Below, piece after piece: positions 14,617 to 31,600 of a DNA stretch of 64,000 bases; within the stretch, counting starts at the first letter, position 1, and each line of letters starts with the position of its first letter. Source of the stretch: the human T2T-CHM13v2.0 reference genome, Homo sapiens. The notes under the pieces were generated by a model. It searched no databases. It was not told the DNA's origin and worked only from the letters and a program-made list of their open reading frames with translations. The stretch is from assembly GCF_009914755.1 (NCBI RefSeq), contig NC_060926.1. One strand, 5' to 3'. Position numbers and translations under genes: made by a program.

Positions 14617-14822
14617 TCATAACAGTCTCTTTGTGATCTTTGTTGCATCTATATTTGAAAAAATAGAAGAAATGGATAGTTTCCTTAAAAAAACAATAAT
14701 TGAAACACCAGAATGACGTGATTTTATAGGCAAGTTATACCAAAATTCTAATAACAGCTAATTCCAAACTTGCACAACTTTTTCAAACAATGAAAAAATG
14801 AGAATACTTAAAAGGCTAATTA

Positions 14823-15169
<347 letters not shown>

Positions 15170-15227
15170 TTATCACTCATGAGCAAAGACATTAGAAAAA
15201 AAATATGAAATAGAAATTGAGACATGA

Positions 15228-15603
<376 letters not shown>

Positions 15604-15974
15604 TAAAATTTTTCGTAACACACCTGCTCTACCACATGTCAAAGCATATTTTAAAGCTGAAATATTGAGACGATATTCAACACAAAAACAGACCAGGAGT
15701 AGATAACTACATATATGTAAAAGTGATATATGACAGGTAGTATTGTAGATCACTGGGGAAATTCATCAGTAAATTCAAACTGGATTCCTATCTCTTAACC
15801 ATATGTGCACACACACACAAAAATCAAACCCAGGACTTAGATGTAAAAGACAAAACCTTTAGAGAACAAATATGAATGAGGTTCCATGTTTCAAAAGTAA
15901 TTTAACTTTTTTGTGGTTTTCAACTTTGTTTTTGCTTCCTCTTCATTCACTTGAAAAACCAACTTCCTTCAGTA

Positions 15975-16270
15975 ATATTCATTCAACGTCATTTTTGATG
16001 AGATTAATATTTGCCAGACGCTTTCAAACACCAAGGATACAGTAGTGAGCAAGACAAGCTCTCTTCCCTCACAGAGCTTACACTGAGGTGGTGACTATGC
16101 AAAGGTACATAGTAACCAAGTAAACAAGATGTTTACAGAGTGTGAAAAGTGACAGAGAGTGAGTGAGGAGTGTGGTCAGAGTAGGCCTCTCTAAAGCAGA
16201 GACATTAGAGTTGACACTTAAAAGATCAGACAATTGAACATTTCAAGAGGGAAGGGTGTGCATAAGAACA
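15975..16270 (-). mobile_element. L2 3' end fragment
   Basis: attcattcaac...gatacagtagtgagcaagaca...cctcacagagcttaca antisense L2 end. Confidence 0.65.
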
Positions 16271-17160
16271 GAGGGAGAAATGTCTTTATGGGGAGATGTG
16301 AAGTGTGTGTTGTGTGCCTTCAAAACTTCCTTGGGTCTTGTAACACCCACTGCATTTTTCAAGTCCTTTCTTACTGCCTGCTCCCACCTCTGCTGAGATA
16401 ACTGAAATAGCCTACTTCATATTATTGTTTTTTACTGTCATCAAATCTGTCAATTGTATGTTTAATATTTTCTGCAATTTTTATATATAAATTAGCATGA
16501 AAGTTTTAACATAAAAGCTTAGGAGCAAGCACAAACCTATCTGTGCCAAAAGAGGGCAAAACAAAATAAAAGTTCCTAAGAGAAGATAAGCTACACATAG
16601 TCATAGTTTCGGCTTCAGCGTTTTGGAAAGTATACAAGAATACCCTTCTAGAAAGTCAGCAGGCAAAGTAACGAATGAGTATTGGGGAGCATAGCACTTG
16701 ATATGGTGTAGGCATGTGGCCAGCCTGTACCGTAGACCATGTACTGACCATTCACTGGTCATGTACCGTGGACCATGTACAGCAGCAGGAATTTGCCTTC
16801 TAAACTCAATCTTAATTACCCCCAGCTCTCAGGAATGGGTCAGAGAAAACATGTCTGTAGGATGAAATGAGTATCTTCAGCTGATCCAAGCTGTAAGGTG
16901 TGGCGGAGGACACATGAATTTTACCAGGACATGATCTAGGCAAGCCAAATACAGATAAACTTGGTCAGGTTCAGATTTAAAAAATGAAAAAGGATAATGG
17001 CAGCACGCATGTTGGTGATGATAGCCACCAGTGTACCTGTCTCTTAAGATTCACTCTAGTATGAACTGATTATATCTACACCTGGTGCAGCTGTCACCTT
17101 TGGATTTCCCTACACCTCTCTTCCGTGTTGAATGTCCTGTTTCTTTATCACTATGTCTTT

Positions 17161-17467
17161 CTTTTTCTTAGTTTCCTTAGGTTTGTTTCTTTTTCTTAGT
17201 TTCCTTAGGTTTGTTTTGAGGCAGGGTCTTGCTCTGTCGCCCAGGCTGGAGTGCAGTGGTGCAATCACAGCTCACTGCAGCCTTGACTTCCCTGGGCTCA
17301 AGCATTCCTCCTGCCTCAGCCTCCCAAGTAGCTGGAACAACAGACATGCGCCACCACACTCGAGTAATTTTTTTTATTTTTTTGTAGAGACAGGGTCTCG
17401 CTATGTTGCCCAATACAGTCTTGAACTCCTGGGCTCAAGTGATCCTCCCACCTCAGCTTCCCAAACA
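17161..17467 (-). mobile_element. Alu (AluJ-like), 5'-truncated
   Basis: Antisense Alu ending at cctcagcttcccaaa. Confidence 0.85.
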
Positions 17468-17479
17468 CTCCATTGTTTT

Positions 17480-19200
<1,721 letters not shown>

Positions 19201-19542
19201 TAATGTTTTTCTTGACTCAGTAAGATTAACAACATCTGCTTGGGTATGGAATGTGTCTTCAGGACTCACGCCTCTCAGGAGTCACAGTCCTGTGCAGCCT
19301 GCTATTCAGTATCAGAAAATACTTTCCAAATATCCCAGTTTTCTAGCTGCTTAGGGCAGGAAGGTAAATCTGGTCCCTCACAGTCAGTCATGGCCATAAG
19401 TGGAAATCGATTATAGTTTAAAATTTTAAAGTTTTCATCTTCCTGCAGAGTCTCTATTACTCCAAGTTGCTGTGTTCTGTTTGTTTAGCAATCTGTTGTT
19501 GGAGGTTTTCCTCAGATATCTGGTCATTTCTTGTTGTCCGCT

Positions 19543-19843
19543 CTTTCTTTTCTTTTTTTCTTTCTTTTTCAGGTCTTACTCTCTCACCTAGGCTGGAGTG
19601 CAGTGGCACACTCATGGCTCACTGCAGCCTCAACTTCCCCATCTCAGGTGATCCTCCCACCTCAGCCTCCCAAGTAGCTGGGATTACAGGTGCATGGCAC
19701 CACATCCAGCTAATTTTTGTATTTTTGTAGAGATGGGATTTCACCATGTTGCCCAGGCTGGTCTCAAACTCCTGGGCTCGAGCAGTCTGCCCACCTTGGC
19801 CTCCCAAAGTGCTGGGATTACAAGCGTGAGCCACTGCACCTGA
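19543..19843 (-). mobile_element. Alu (AluJ-like)
   Basis: Antisense dimeric Alu. Confidence 0.88.
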
Positions 19844-19937
19844 CATCTTGCTCACTCTTAATAGAGTAGGATGATCATTGGGTTGTTTGAAAACTGCTTG
19901 TATTGGTGGTCCAGTTGACCATGAGTTTAATGTAAGG

Positions 19938-20535
<598 letters not shown>

Positions 20536-21124
20536 TCATATTCTCCAGAAAATAGCCCTGTCATTTACCTTGCCTGAAGGATAAAGTGCAGGAAGAGAGC
20601 AGGGAGCCCGAGTAGTCAATACACATACCTTCACTTATTCTCCCTACTTTAAGTACTTCATGCCCGCCCTCAACTGTGCCTGGTGTTCCTTCACCCAGAA
20701 ACCATCTTTTTTCCCCTCTCTGGAACCTAAACCTGTAGACATTGGCCAAAGTGTGGGAGGAGCAATCAACCAGTGATATAAAGTGGGAGAAAGGAGAAAT
20801 CCAGGAATTCACCTGACTCTCAAACAACCTTCATTCAACCAGTCTTCCTTAATCCAACATCCCAATTCACGCCACTTCTAGAGATCTCATCAACTCTTGA
20901 GCATTTTGACAATTCTGGAGTGCATATTGAATTTGTTCTTGTATTTACTTAATGTCCATTTACAACTTGGTTTTTCAAGCCTGCCACCCTCCAAAATTTG
21001 GCTCCTTTGATACCTTTTTTCACATCATTATCCTTAGAGTTTATGCTAGCCCCACACCCCCCCACAAGCATTTTATATAGTTTTAGTGGGAACCCTTGGG
21101 AAGGATAAAAATTAAATGTGTTTT

Positions 21125-21746
<622 letters not shown>

Positions 21747-22183
21747 GGTGCAGGCATGTATCAGTTCTAAAAAAAAAAAAAAAAGTCTATTTCATTCTTT
21801 TTTTCCGGAAATGTCAATTTCATATGCTTTTGAGACTTTTGTCACATTTCCAGTGGTTGCCAGACATTGACCGTTACTTTGGAATGTAGGTTGTCAGGTG
21901 GAAGGTGATAGATATAACCTTCCTTCATTTTCTTCCCATCCTTCCTAATGTGTGGCCTATAGATAATATTGCAATTAGACTTTGACACAGAAAGGAGATA
22001 CTCTAATTAGTAGAAGAAGTAGTGGAGACAAAAACAAGCAAAGGCATGGAGGTGGGAATAGAGAGTGAGATATAACAGAGGATATAGGACATTAACCTGA
22101 TTGAAGTTGAAGTTCATGTTGAAGGGTCATGGGAGATATGAATATAATAAATAGATTAGGTGGGACCAGATTATAACACCTAA

Positions 22184-22534
<351 letters not shown>

Positions 22535-22733
22535 GGACTTTTCATCTGAGAAATAATCTGATGAAAGTAGGTTTAATCTAATAGCTCTGACAACAGATGG
22601 ACAAGAATAGGGAGAGAGTAGAGTCAAAGCAATTTTATAGGAGACTGTGGGTGAAATCCAGATAGGAGTGATAAGGTACTAGGCCATAGTGGACGAGGTG
22701 GGCATGGAAAGGACAGATCAAAAAGTCATGGAC

Positions 22734-23038
22734 GGCAGGCGGAGTGTTTTGGGCCTATAATCCCAGCACTTTGGGAGGCTGATGCAGGAGGATTGCTTGA
22801 GCCCAGGAGTTTGAGGCCAGCCTGGGCTACATAGGGAGACTCCATTTATACAAAAAATTGAAAAATTAGCCCAGCATGGTGGCACGCTCCTGTGGTCCCA
22901 GCTACCCAGGAGGCTGAGGTGAGAGGATTGCTTGAGCACAGGAGGTTAAGGCTGCAGTGAGCCATGATTGCACCGTTGCACTCCAGCCTGGGTGACAGTG
23001 CATGACCCTGTCTCAAGGAAAAGAAAGAAAAAGAAAAA
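22734..23038 (+). mobile_element. Alu (AluJ-like)
   Basis: Dimeric Alu; TSD aaaaagtcatKgaY. Confidence 0.88.
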
Positions 23039-23047
23039 GTCATTGAT

Positions 23048-23156
23048 AGCCAGGCCTGGTGGCTCATGCCTGCAATTCCAGCACTTTAGGAAGCCAAGGT
23101 AGGAGGATCACTTGAGCCCAAGAATTCAAGACCAGCCTGGGCAACATAGTGAAACC
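23048..23156 (+). mobile_element. Alu left monomer/FLAM, truncated
   Basis: Ends at catagtgaaacc. Confidence 0.8.
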
Positions 23157-23554
23157 TAATCTTTGTTTGTTTGTTTGTTTGTTTGTTTTAAAGGCATTGA
23201 CAAGGAAATTTTTATTGGATTTGTTACCTCCAGCCAATATAGAAGTTAAATAGATGTCAGCCAAGCCTATGGAAGCTTGTGTTGGATGACAAATCTAAAC
23301 ATGAAATAAAATGTTTCATGGCTTGTTTCTGTGGCAACTAACCAATGTTAGATGTGGCAAGAATTGTGCCCAGTAGAGCATCACATGATTCTGGAGTGCG
23401 TATTGGAAAGTCAGTTATTCATTAGAGAGGCCCACTCAAGGCAACTCAAGAAAAGGGAAAGAGAAGCTTTTGTAAATCCGCAGAGTGATCTTTCTGGAAT
23501 GTAAGGATTCCTGAATAGGAACAACTGGCCTTCTTGGATTATAGAACTGGAAAC

Positions 23555-24635
23555 TATCAGGGGAACCAGCCCCCAGTGTTTCAGTGTAGGTTCTTTTCTA
23601 TTTTCCCTAAGTGTCAGCCAGTGTGAGAAATAAAGAGAAAGAGTACAAAGAGAGAAATTTTACAGCTGGGCCTCCGGGAGTGCCATCACATATTGGTAGG
23701 ACCGTGATGGTGACCTTGAGCCACAAAACCAGCAAGTTTTTATTAGGGGTTTTAGAAGGGGAGAGAGTGTACGAATAGGGAGTGTGTCACAGAGATCACA
23801 TGCTTCAAAAGGCAATAAAAGATCACAAGGCAAATGGCAGAGCAAGATCACAAGGACAGGGCGAAATTAGAATTACTGATGAGGTTCCATGTCCTGCTGG
23901 GCACGCATTGTCATTGATAAACATCTTAACAGGAAACAGGGTTCAAGAGCAGACAACCAGTCTGACTAGAATTCACCAGGCTGGAATTTCCTAATCCTAG
24001 CAAGCCTGAGGGCACTGCAGGAGACCAGGGTGTATTTCATCCCTTATCTTCAACTGCATAAGACAGACACTCCCAGAGCGGCTATTTTAGAGACCTCCCC
24101 CTGGGAATGCATTCCTTTCCCAGGGTTATTCCTTGCTGGGAAAAGAATTCAGTGATATTTCTCCTATTGGCTTTCTGCAGGAAGAGAAATATGACTCTGT
24201 TCTGCCTGGCCTCACAGGCAGTCAGACCTTATGGTTATCTCCCTTGTTCCCTGAAAATCACTGTTATCCTGTTCTTTTTTAGGATGCCCAGATTTCATAT
24301 TATTCAAACATATGTGTTTTACAAACAATTTGTGCAGTTAATGCAATCATCACAGGGTCCTGAGGCGACATACATCCTCAGCTTACAAAGATGATGGGAT
24401 TAAGAGATTAAAGTAAAGACAGGCATAGGAAATTATAAGAGTATTGATTGGGGAAGTGATAAATGTCCATGAAATCTTCACAGTTTATGTTCAGAGATTG
24501 CAGTAAAGACAGGCATAAGAAATTATAAAAGTATTAATTTGGGGAACTAATAGATGTCCGTGAAATCTTCACAATTTATGTTCTGCTGTGGCTTCAGCTG
24601 GTCCCTCCGTTTGGGGTCCCTGACTTCCCGCAACA
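23555..24635 (-). mobile_element. MER11 solo LTR (HERV-K11/HML-8)
   Basis: Minus strand starts TGTTGCGGGAAGTCAGGGACCCCAAACGGAGGGACCAGCTGAAGCC and ends ...CCCCTGATA; internal ~90-bp repeats; 6-bp TSD GGAAAC at 23549-23554 and 24636-24641. Confidence 0.92.
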
Positions 24636-25111
24636 GGAAACACTTTCATAATATTGCTTGTGCTTTTTCATTGAACACATCTTGTACAAGGCCCCCTAGA
24701 GGCTATTCCAGGCCTTGAGGCCACATGACCCTTCTGGCTGTGTCTCTGCCTGCATTTTCCCTCTTGCTTTCAGTTCAGATGACTGAAAGAGAACTAGGGC
24801 CCAGCTCCACTTTTCAAGACAGAGTGCAAGTTACACATAACTGAGTGGCCAACTATGGCAGGGGATAGGTTGTGGGGAGTGGTGGGGTGGGGGGCTTACA
24901 AAGCAATGTTTATTCAGCAGGGACCATGCATATGGCAGGAAAATGTACCTACCCAGCCCCAAATGAAACATTTGCTTAGTTAGAAAGGAAACTGGAACTT
25001 TTTGGTGTACAACCTTAACTTTTGAAATTGGTATCAGGTACAGAATCCCCATGTTACCTCACAAAGCCACAGTCCAGGTGAAAGTGTGAAAAGACTATGG
25101 GATTGGCTTAC

Positions 25112-25191
25112 TGTGGTTATTCCTGTGGTTTATACCTCAAACTAACAATTCTCCCTGAATCCCACATCAAGTCTGCTGCCTGCTGAGTCAT
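25112..25191. promoter_or_regulatory. Candidate enhancer motifs: 2x RUNX and a MARE/ARE (AP-1)
   Basis: TGTGGTT at 25112 and 25124; TGCTGAGTCAT at 25181-25191. Confidence 0.4.
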
Positions 25192-25258
25192 CTGGCCTCT
25201 TTGACAGCACCCATCAGTCTTTATAAAGGCTTCCTTATATAATATTTATAAAGAAAGG

Positions 25259-25556
<298 letters not shown>

Positions 25557-25696
25557 GGGGGGTGCAGTTTGCAGGCCAGTGGACTAATGCACCCTCACCA
25601 TATAGCCCCACAGAAATTGGTCTGCCATGGAGCTCTAAAGAACTCATAATTTCTCCAAAAGGACCATCTTTCTACACCTATGCAATTGTTCAAGAT

Positions 25697-25879
25697 CAGG
25701 GGTCAGCAAACTGTGGTCCACAGGCCAGTTGCATATTTATGCACATAAAGTTTTATTGGAACATAGCCATAGCCATTTATTCACATAGTGTGTATGGCTG
25801 CTTTTGTGTACAATGGCAGAGTTGCAAATCCTAAAATATTTACTGCTTGGCCCTTCAAGAAAAAGTTTCCTGACCCCTG
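25697..25879 (+). mobile_element. MER58A (hAT-Charlie MITE)
   Basis: TIRs CAGGGGTCAGCAAAC / GTTTCCTGACCCCTG; internal taaagttttattggaaca. Confidence 0.85.
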
Positions 25880-28800
25880 TTTTAGTTAGTTCTGGAATGA
25901 TGAGCATGTGTGGAAAATCCTCGGGTTGATGCAGAAGCTTAGTGGCTGCACAGTAGTGATACATTGTTTTCCCAGGCTATTTTATTGTTTCTTAATTTCT
26001 TAATCACTTTGTGGATTAAATTCATGGCCAGAAGTAACTCAGACATCTCTAAGGATTGTCCTATTGGCATAAGCTAAAGCACGTATTATTCTACATTCAT
26101 GGATTAAAATATTAAGTAATTTGATCTAGATGATTGTTTACAGTTTAACGCAAATACACTTAGTCTGTTCTGATTATTTACTCAAGGATTATATTACTAC
26201 ATTCACTCAAGAATAATAGTATGTAATCATTTCCTGTGGGATCTGCAATGTTTGGGCCTTCCTTCAAATTCGGTTCTCTGATTTGTCTCCATGACATGGA
26301 GTTGGCCTTTAGGTTATGTGATTGAGGTTCCTCAAACAGGATGTTAATTTTCCACTCTTCGTGGCAGGAGAAATATAGTCTAATCTCATGATTTAGTGAG
26401 CCAAAGAGCTGTATCCCTTTTCACACTATCCTTCTTTTATAAAATAAATGTTAATTTTGTTTCTTTGTGCATCTTTTGGAACAAACTTGTATTTTCAAAG
26501 CCCTCACCCCATACTCAGGTGAGCATACTTTCTAAGGCAGCCCATTTGGAACAAATGAGCTTTAGCCAAGAGTTTAATGATAAAAATATATTGCTTGCAA
26601 AAGCTCTAATTTAGCACTCTGGTGCCTCCTACATGGTTTTGCCAACAAACTCATCTTTGCCTGGAATATAGGCTCTTCGAAGGCAGCTGCCACTCTCTCT
26701 TCAAGATGTGAGGGGGAAGAGAGTTTGAGGCTTTTCATTGTGAAGGACCCTCCACCCCCGTGTTCCTCCTACAGGCTCCTGATTCACACAGCACAAGTTG
26801 AGAAACAGGGAAATGGAATCTTCTTGCCCAGGCATGTAGCAGCTAACTCCTTTGAATCCGAAAAATGTGTGTTCATAATCACCAAGTTTGAAATGCAGAG
26901 TCATCACTGCTGCTGGAAATCTGAGGCTGGTTCAGAGCCAGACCAGCTGCTCCTGGGGCCCTCTTCTACTTAAGAGGCAGTCTAGCCTGTGGCCTAGCCT
27001 GTTCAAGGTTGCTCTTTCCCCAGAGCCCTGGTACTCCCTCTGTCAAGTTTCCACTTATCTTTCTGGCCTATCCAGGAACCCTTCTCTGAGTTCTCAAGGA
27101 CTGGCTAGGTGTCCTGCCTCACAGTCACCTACAACCTGCATTTTCCTCATCATAACTTTGAAATTGCTACTTTGCCTATCTTCGCATGGGCTCTTCCTCC
27201 AACTACACTGTGAGAGCCTTAAATCCAGAAACCATGTCTTTTTTTTTTTTTTTCAAAGAGAGTCTTAGATGAATTTGCCAGGACTAAAATACAGAGTTCC
27301 TTGTTCCCTGTATATAGCCCACTATAGAAATTCAATGGTTTTTGAATGAAAGGATAAATGAGTGAATGAAGGGACTTCGGATCTGGCTGGGGCAGAGACT
27401 GTGGAGCTAGAAACTTAGGTTGCTTTCCCTTTCTTCCCTTCCCATCCCTCCTCTTCCAAAACCCAAGTCTGACAGGCTGTGAAGCACCTCTATATACGAC
27501 TGATGGAGCTTTAATTGTTCACCCAATCTTTAGAAAAGATCCTTTTAATTCAGCACTGTGCCCGAAGTCCAGGCACTTAGCTCTGGATGCCCGACTGCAG
27601 AAAATACCAACAGCCAGTAGAAAAACTGCACCAATGCTGGGGGTCCTATTTTAATTATTCTAGAAAAATTCACTTTTTGCTCAGTGTTTGGTTTCATTTG
27701 GGGCTGACCTCCTTTCTTGCAGGCCCTAGATTCGTGAAATCTATATTAATCAGCAGAATAATATTAGCCAATTCCTTACCTCGTTTTTCCTTCCCCTCAT
27801 TTGGACAGCTAGCCTGGTTTGTACTCCTTATCTCAGAGATGAGATGTGATAATAAGAGGCAGAGAAATAAAAGTATGTTCCTGGCTTTTGGATTCAGAAG
27901 TTGCCCTTATGGGAAGGAAAAAACAAACAAATGTGGCATAGATAAAATATTTGGAAGAAAAGATAACAAGAGTAGAAAAGAGTTTCTTAGGGGGAGGAAG
28001 TGAATTCATGGGAAGGTACAGAGGGCAGAGATGTTTCTGGATCCTGTGTGCTACTTCACCCTGGGAAGGTGACACAATTGCAGATGTTTTTGTGAGACTT
28101 GGGAGCAGAAAAGACATGTTCTTTGCATCCTCAGTGAAGCCCCAGAGGAGAAATGGGTGCATAATGGGTCCCCACTGAAGAGAACGTAGGCAGATGTGCA
28201 AAGTTTCCCATGCCCCAGTGAGAAAGAAGCATGTCTCTTCATGCCCAAGAGCACATCAGAGAAATGGAGAGTGCTCCTGAATCCGAAAGGGTCACACAGA
28301 CAAGAGTGAAGAATGTCTCAATAAATACCAGTGTGGAAGAATGATCTTGAGGACCACATCCTTCACTCTCTCTCCTTCCCCCCTCCCTTTCTGCACATCT
28401 TGCATCTCAGAAGCCCCCTCCCGGAAACTAGATACAACTCCAGGGGAAGGTGAGGTTGAAATCCACAAGTTCACTGAGATAAAGTTTCTGACAATGCAAA
28501 GAAAGGGAGGCTTGAAATCAAAATTAGTTTCTATTTCTTACATAAATGTCTGGACTAGAATTGTGTCCACTGCTCAGATCTTACTTATATTCAGGGATGA
28601 CGTATCTCATGGAAGAACAGGGCTCAACGAGCCACTTAAATGTCTTCCTATCAAATGTTAAGGTTCTAGAAACCAAATGGTGGGTATATTATCCAACATA
28701 TGCCGTGAAAGCAGAGCCAATCCTGGGGGAAAGCTTCTCTCCTAATGGTAAGGTGTCCATATCCTCTGCCCCAAGAACCAAGACAAGTGATCTGACAAGT

Positions 28801-30687
28801 GTGAAGACTGCTTTTCAACATGAAAAAGAGTTTTCTTAAACTCAAGCATGATATTGGCTCTACTTTGAATATCAGTTACGAAAATTCATAACGAGCTGAG
28901 GTATCTTCACTAACATTGCAAATTAATTTCTTGTATTCATCACAATGACATTTATGTGTATTTGAAAAGTAATCCATATGGATGAGCATATTTTTCATTC
29001 ACTCTACAGACGGAACATGCACGCTGGTTTGCAGATCCCTTGCAGTGACTCTACAGCTCCCAGGAATCTGAGGTTCACAAGGTGAAACCTACCAGGCCAA
29101 ACAATTTAAAATTGGTTTTGTTTTGAAAATCCAGTAAGTATGATGGCAATGTCTTGCAGAAATTCCTCTTTTAGTATTCCAGTCTGTGGGCTCTGGCAGA
29201 AGTAATAGTCTGCTGCAAACAGATCACTCTTTTTTGTTTGCAAAGTCTTCGTACCAGCTGAATCACAGCTTGCTTTTCACTTTTCGTAACACCTTGCAAC
29301 ATCGCAAAATATTTGCTGGAGTTTGTGAAGGGCGGCTGCAGAATTAGTAAACTGAAAGGAGGCCTTCCTTTACTCCCACCCCTGTCAGCACCTTCTGTTC
29401 TAGCAGACCGAAAGGCAGCTTGAGAACTCTGATTGCTTCTCTAGATTATGACAATTCTTGGCACCATCGCCCGGGGCAAGAATGGAAGCAAAGGAAACAT
29501 TATGGAGTTTTGCAGGTGCCAGTACATAATATTGTCACTTTACAAAATTGAATTTATAAATGACTTCATGAAGGTGAGTTGCTATGGTAACCAGCCTTCT
29601 CAACTTTTATATCTGGAAGTAAGGATCATATGGCCCCTTCTGTTTGGGACTATGTATTCTGGGTTTAATGAATAACTACCCATCCTCTAACTTCTAGTTA
29701 ACTAGGCTCATGGGATGCTAGACCAGGAAGCAACATTAGCAACCATCTCATTCCACCTCCTTCATTCATAGATGGGAACTGAGACACAGAGAAGTGGCAC
29801 TACACAGCTAACGTGTGTCAGCCCTGAGCCTATGGTTTCTCACTTAGTTTTCTTTTTTTCACAATGAGTGATTTTTGCAAGCCAGTTTAGTTATATATTG
29901 TTATTTTTAAACATTTTAGATTGAGAGGGTCCATATGCATATTTGTTATATTGTGTGCTGATGGGGATTGGGCTTTATGTTAGTCAGGGTTCTCCAGAGG
30001 AATGTTTTCTTGCTTAGTTTTCTAGTGCTCTTTTCTTTCTGCCACACTGAATTTCTGAAGGGACGCACCCAGCTTCCACGAGTGGATAAGAGACATGGAA
30101 CCACAGTTAGACACAGGGCCACTGTCACTTCTTACTGAGATGTTAAAACAAGTCCTGTCCATGTACTGGTGTGTGAAGTGTCTAATTTTCTCTATCAGAA
30201 TTATTACAAATTCCACATGACAACAACTTCCACTGATTCAAAATGATGTATGGGGGGACAGTGTGGGGAGGTGGGGAATGACCTGAGGAAACGTGATCTA
30301 GTATTGTGGTTCCATAGTCTAGCATACATAGATTAGCAATCTGCAAAGAATTAGACTGTACCCGAATTGTAGTGAGCATAACGTAAACTTCCTTTAGTCA
30401 CTCAAAAAAATATATCTTTGGTTTTTTAAAGTCTAGTTTCTTGAACAATAATTCCTGTTGCATAAATACATGAAAAGGTGCTTCGGATAACAGCTTTTCT
30501 TCCAGTTAAGAAATCACCAGGCCACAGAAGATTTAGCTATTAGGATTTTCCATAGATTCTTGGAGTGAAGAATGGCAGAAGCTTAAGAGTATTTAGTACA
30601 TTCTTCTAAAAGCAAAACAAAATGCCAAATTAAAACTAAACAGTGAAATTAGAGTGTTCGTTCACTTTAAAGAGATATGAATACAAA

Positions 30688-30856
30688 CACTGGATCCTCA
30701 ACAGTCTTTAAACATTGCAGATCACCTGGATATCTTGTTAAAATGCAGATTCTGGTTCAGGAGGTCAGGGAAGAGACCCAAGATTCTGCATTGCTAACAA
30801 GCTGTCGGGTGGTGTCAATGCCGCTTGTCCTTGGTCTATACCTTGAGTAGAAAGGG
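30688..30856. mobile_element. MER5A-like DNA transposon
   Basis: atcacctgg...cttgttaaaatgcagattctg...ttctgcattgctaacaagct. Confidence 0.75.
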
Positions 30857-31394
30857 ACTAGTTAACTTGCTGTCTCCTTGAATGTGTTTTCTGTGAGGGT
30901 CAGCCCTGACCACCCCAGTCACAGGAATCTTTCTGGCCTCCGGATTCCTAGTGCTCATATTGTATATATCGTCCACAAGGTACTTAGGTACTGTTGTATA
31001 TTGGTATGTCCCATATGTGCATGTCTTCTGTCCCCAACCAGATTGTAAGCCCATCTGTGTTTGCTCAGCCCTGTGTGTGCAACAGAGGTGCTGAATGAAG
31101 ACCTATCGATGATTGATTGATACGTTAAAGATTATTTCCTCCTTCCTCAGAATGCTACACTTCGCTCATCAATGGAGCTCAAGATGTAAAAGTCTGGTTT
31201 AAGAGACATTGAATCTATTCTGCCTTTTATTATCCCTTTCTTATAAGTTGACTTTTAAGAAATCAATGACTGTGTGGAGAGTTCTAACTGGGTACGTAAT
31301 AAAATAACCAACTGTGGGGGTGGGCAGGGGGCCCTATCGCACCAGGAAGCTTGTTTATTGGTTGCATTAGACCACTAAAGTGGAAGCACTGAGA

Positions 31395-31600
31395 TATTCT
31401 GGAAAGAACACAGCTTGGGGGCCAACAGATCTGGGTTCAGAGCCTTACTGCATCACCTACAAGTTGTGTCTCTTTAGAAAATTTACTTAAAATTACTGGG
31501 AATTTATTTCATCATCTGTACAATGGGCTACTTTTTTCTGTGATTGTTGTAAGAATTGTAATAACTGTTAAATTGCCTAGCATGGTGCTCAGTACAAGAT
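31395..31600 (+). mobile_element. MIR
   Basis: cagatctgggttca...tttcatcatctgtacaatggg...cctagcatggtgc. Confidence 0.7.

Noticed and set aside
29895-30002. Short L1 3'-like fragment abutting an MLT2-like terminus (tatgttagtcagggttctccagag)
   Set aside because: Fragments too short to assign or interpret with confidence
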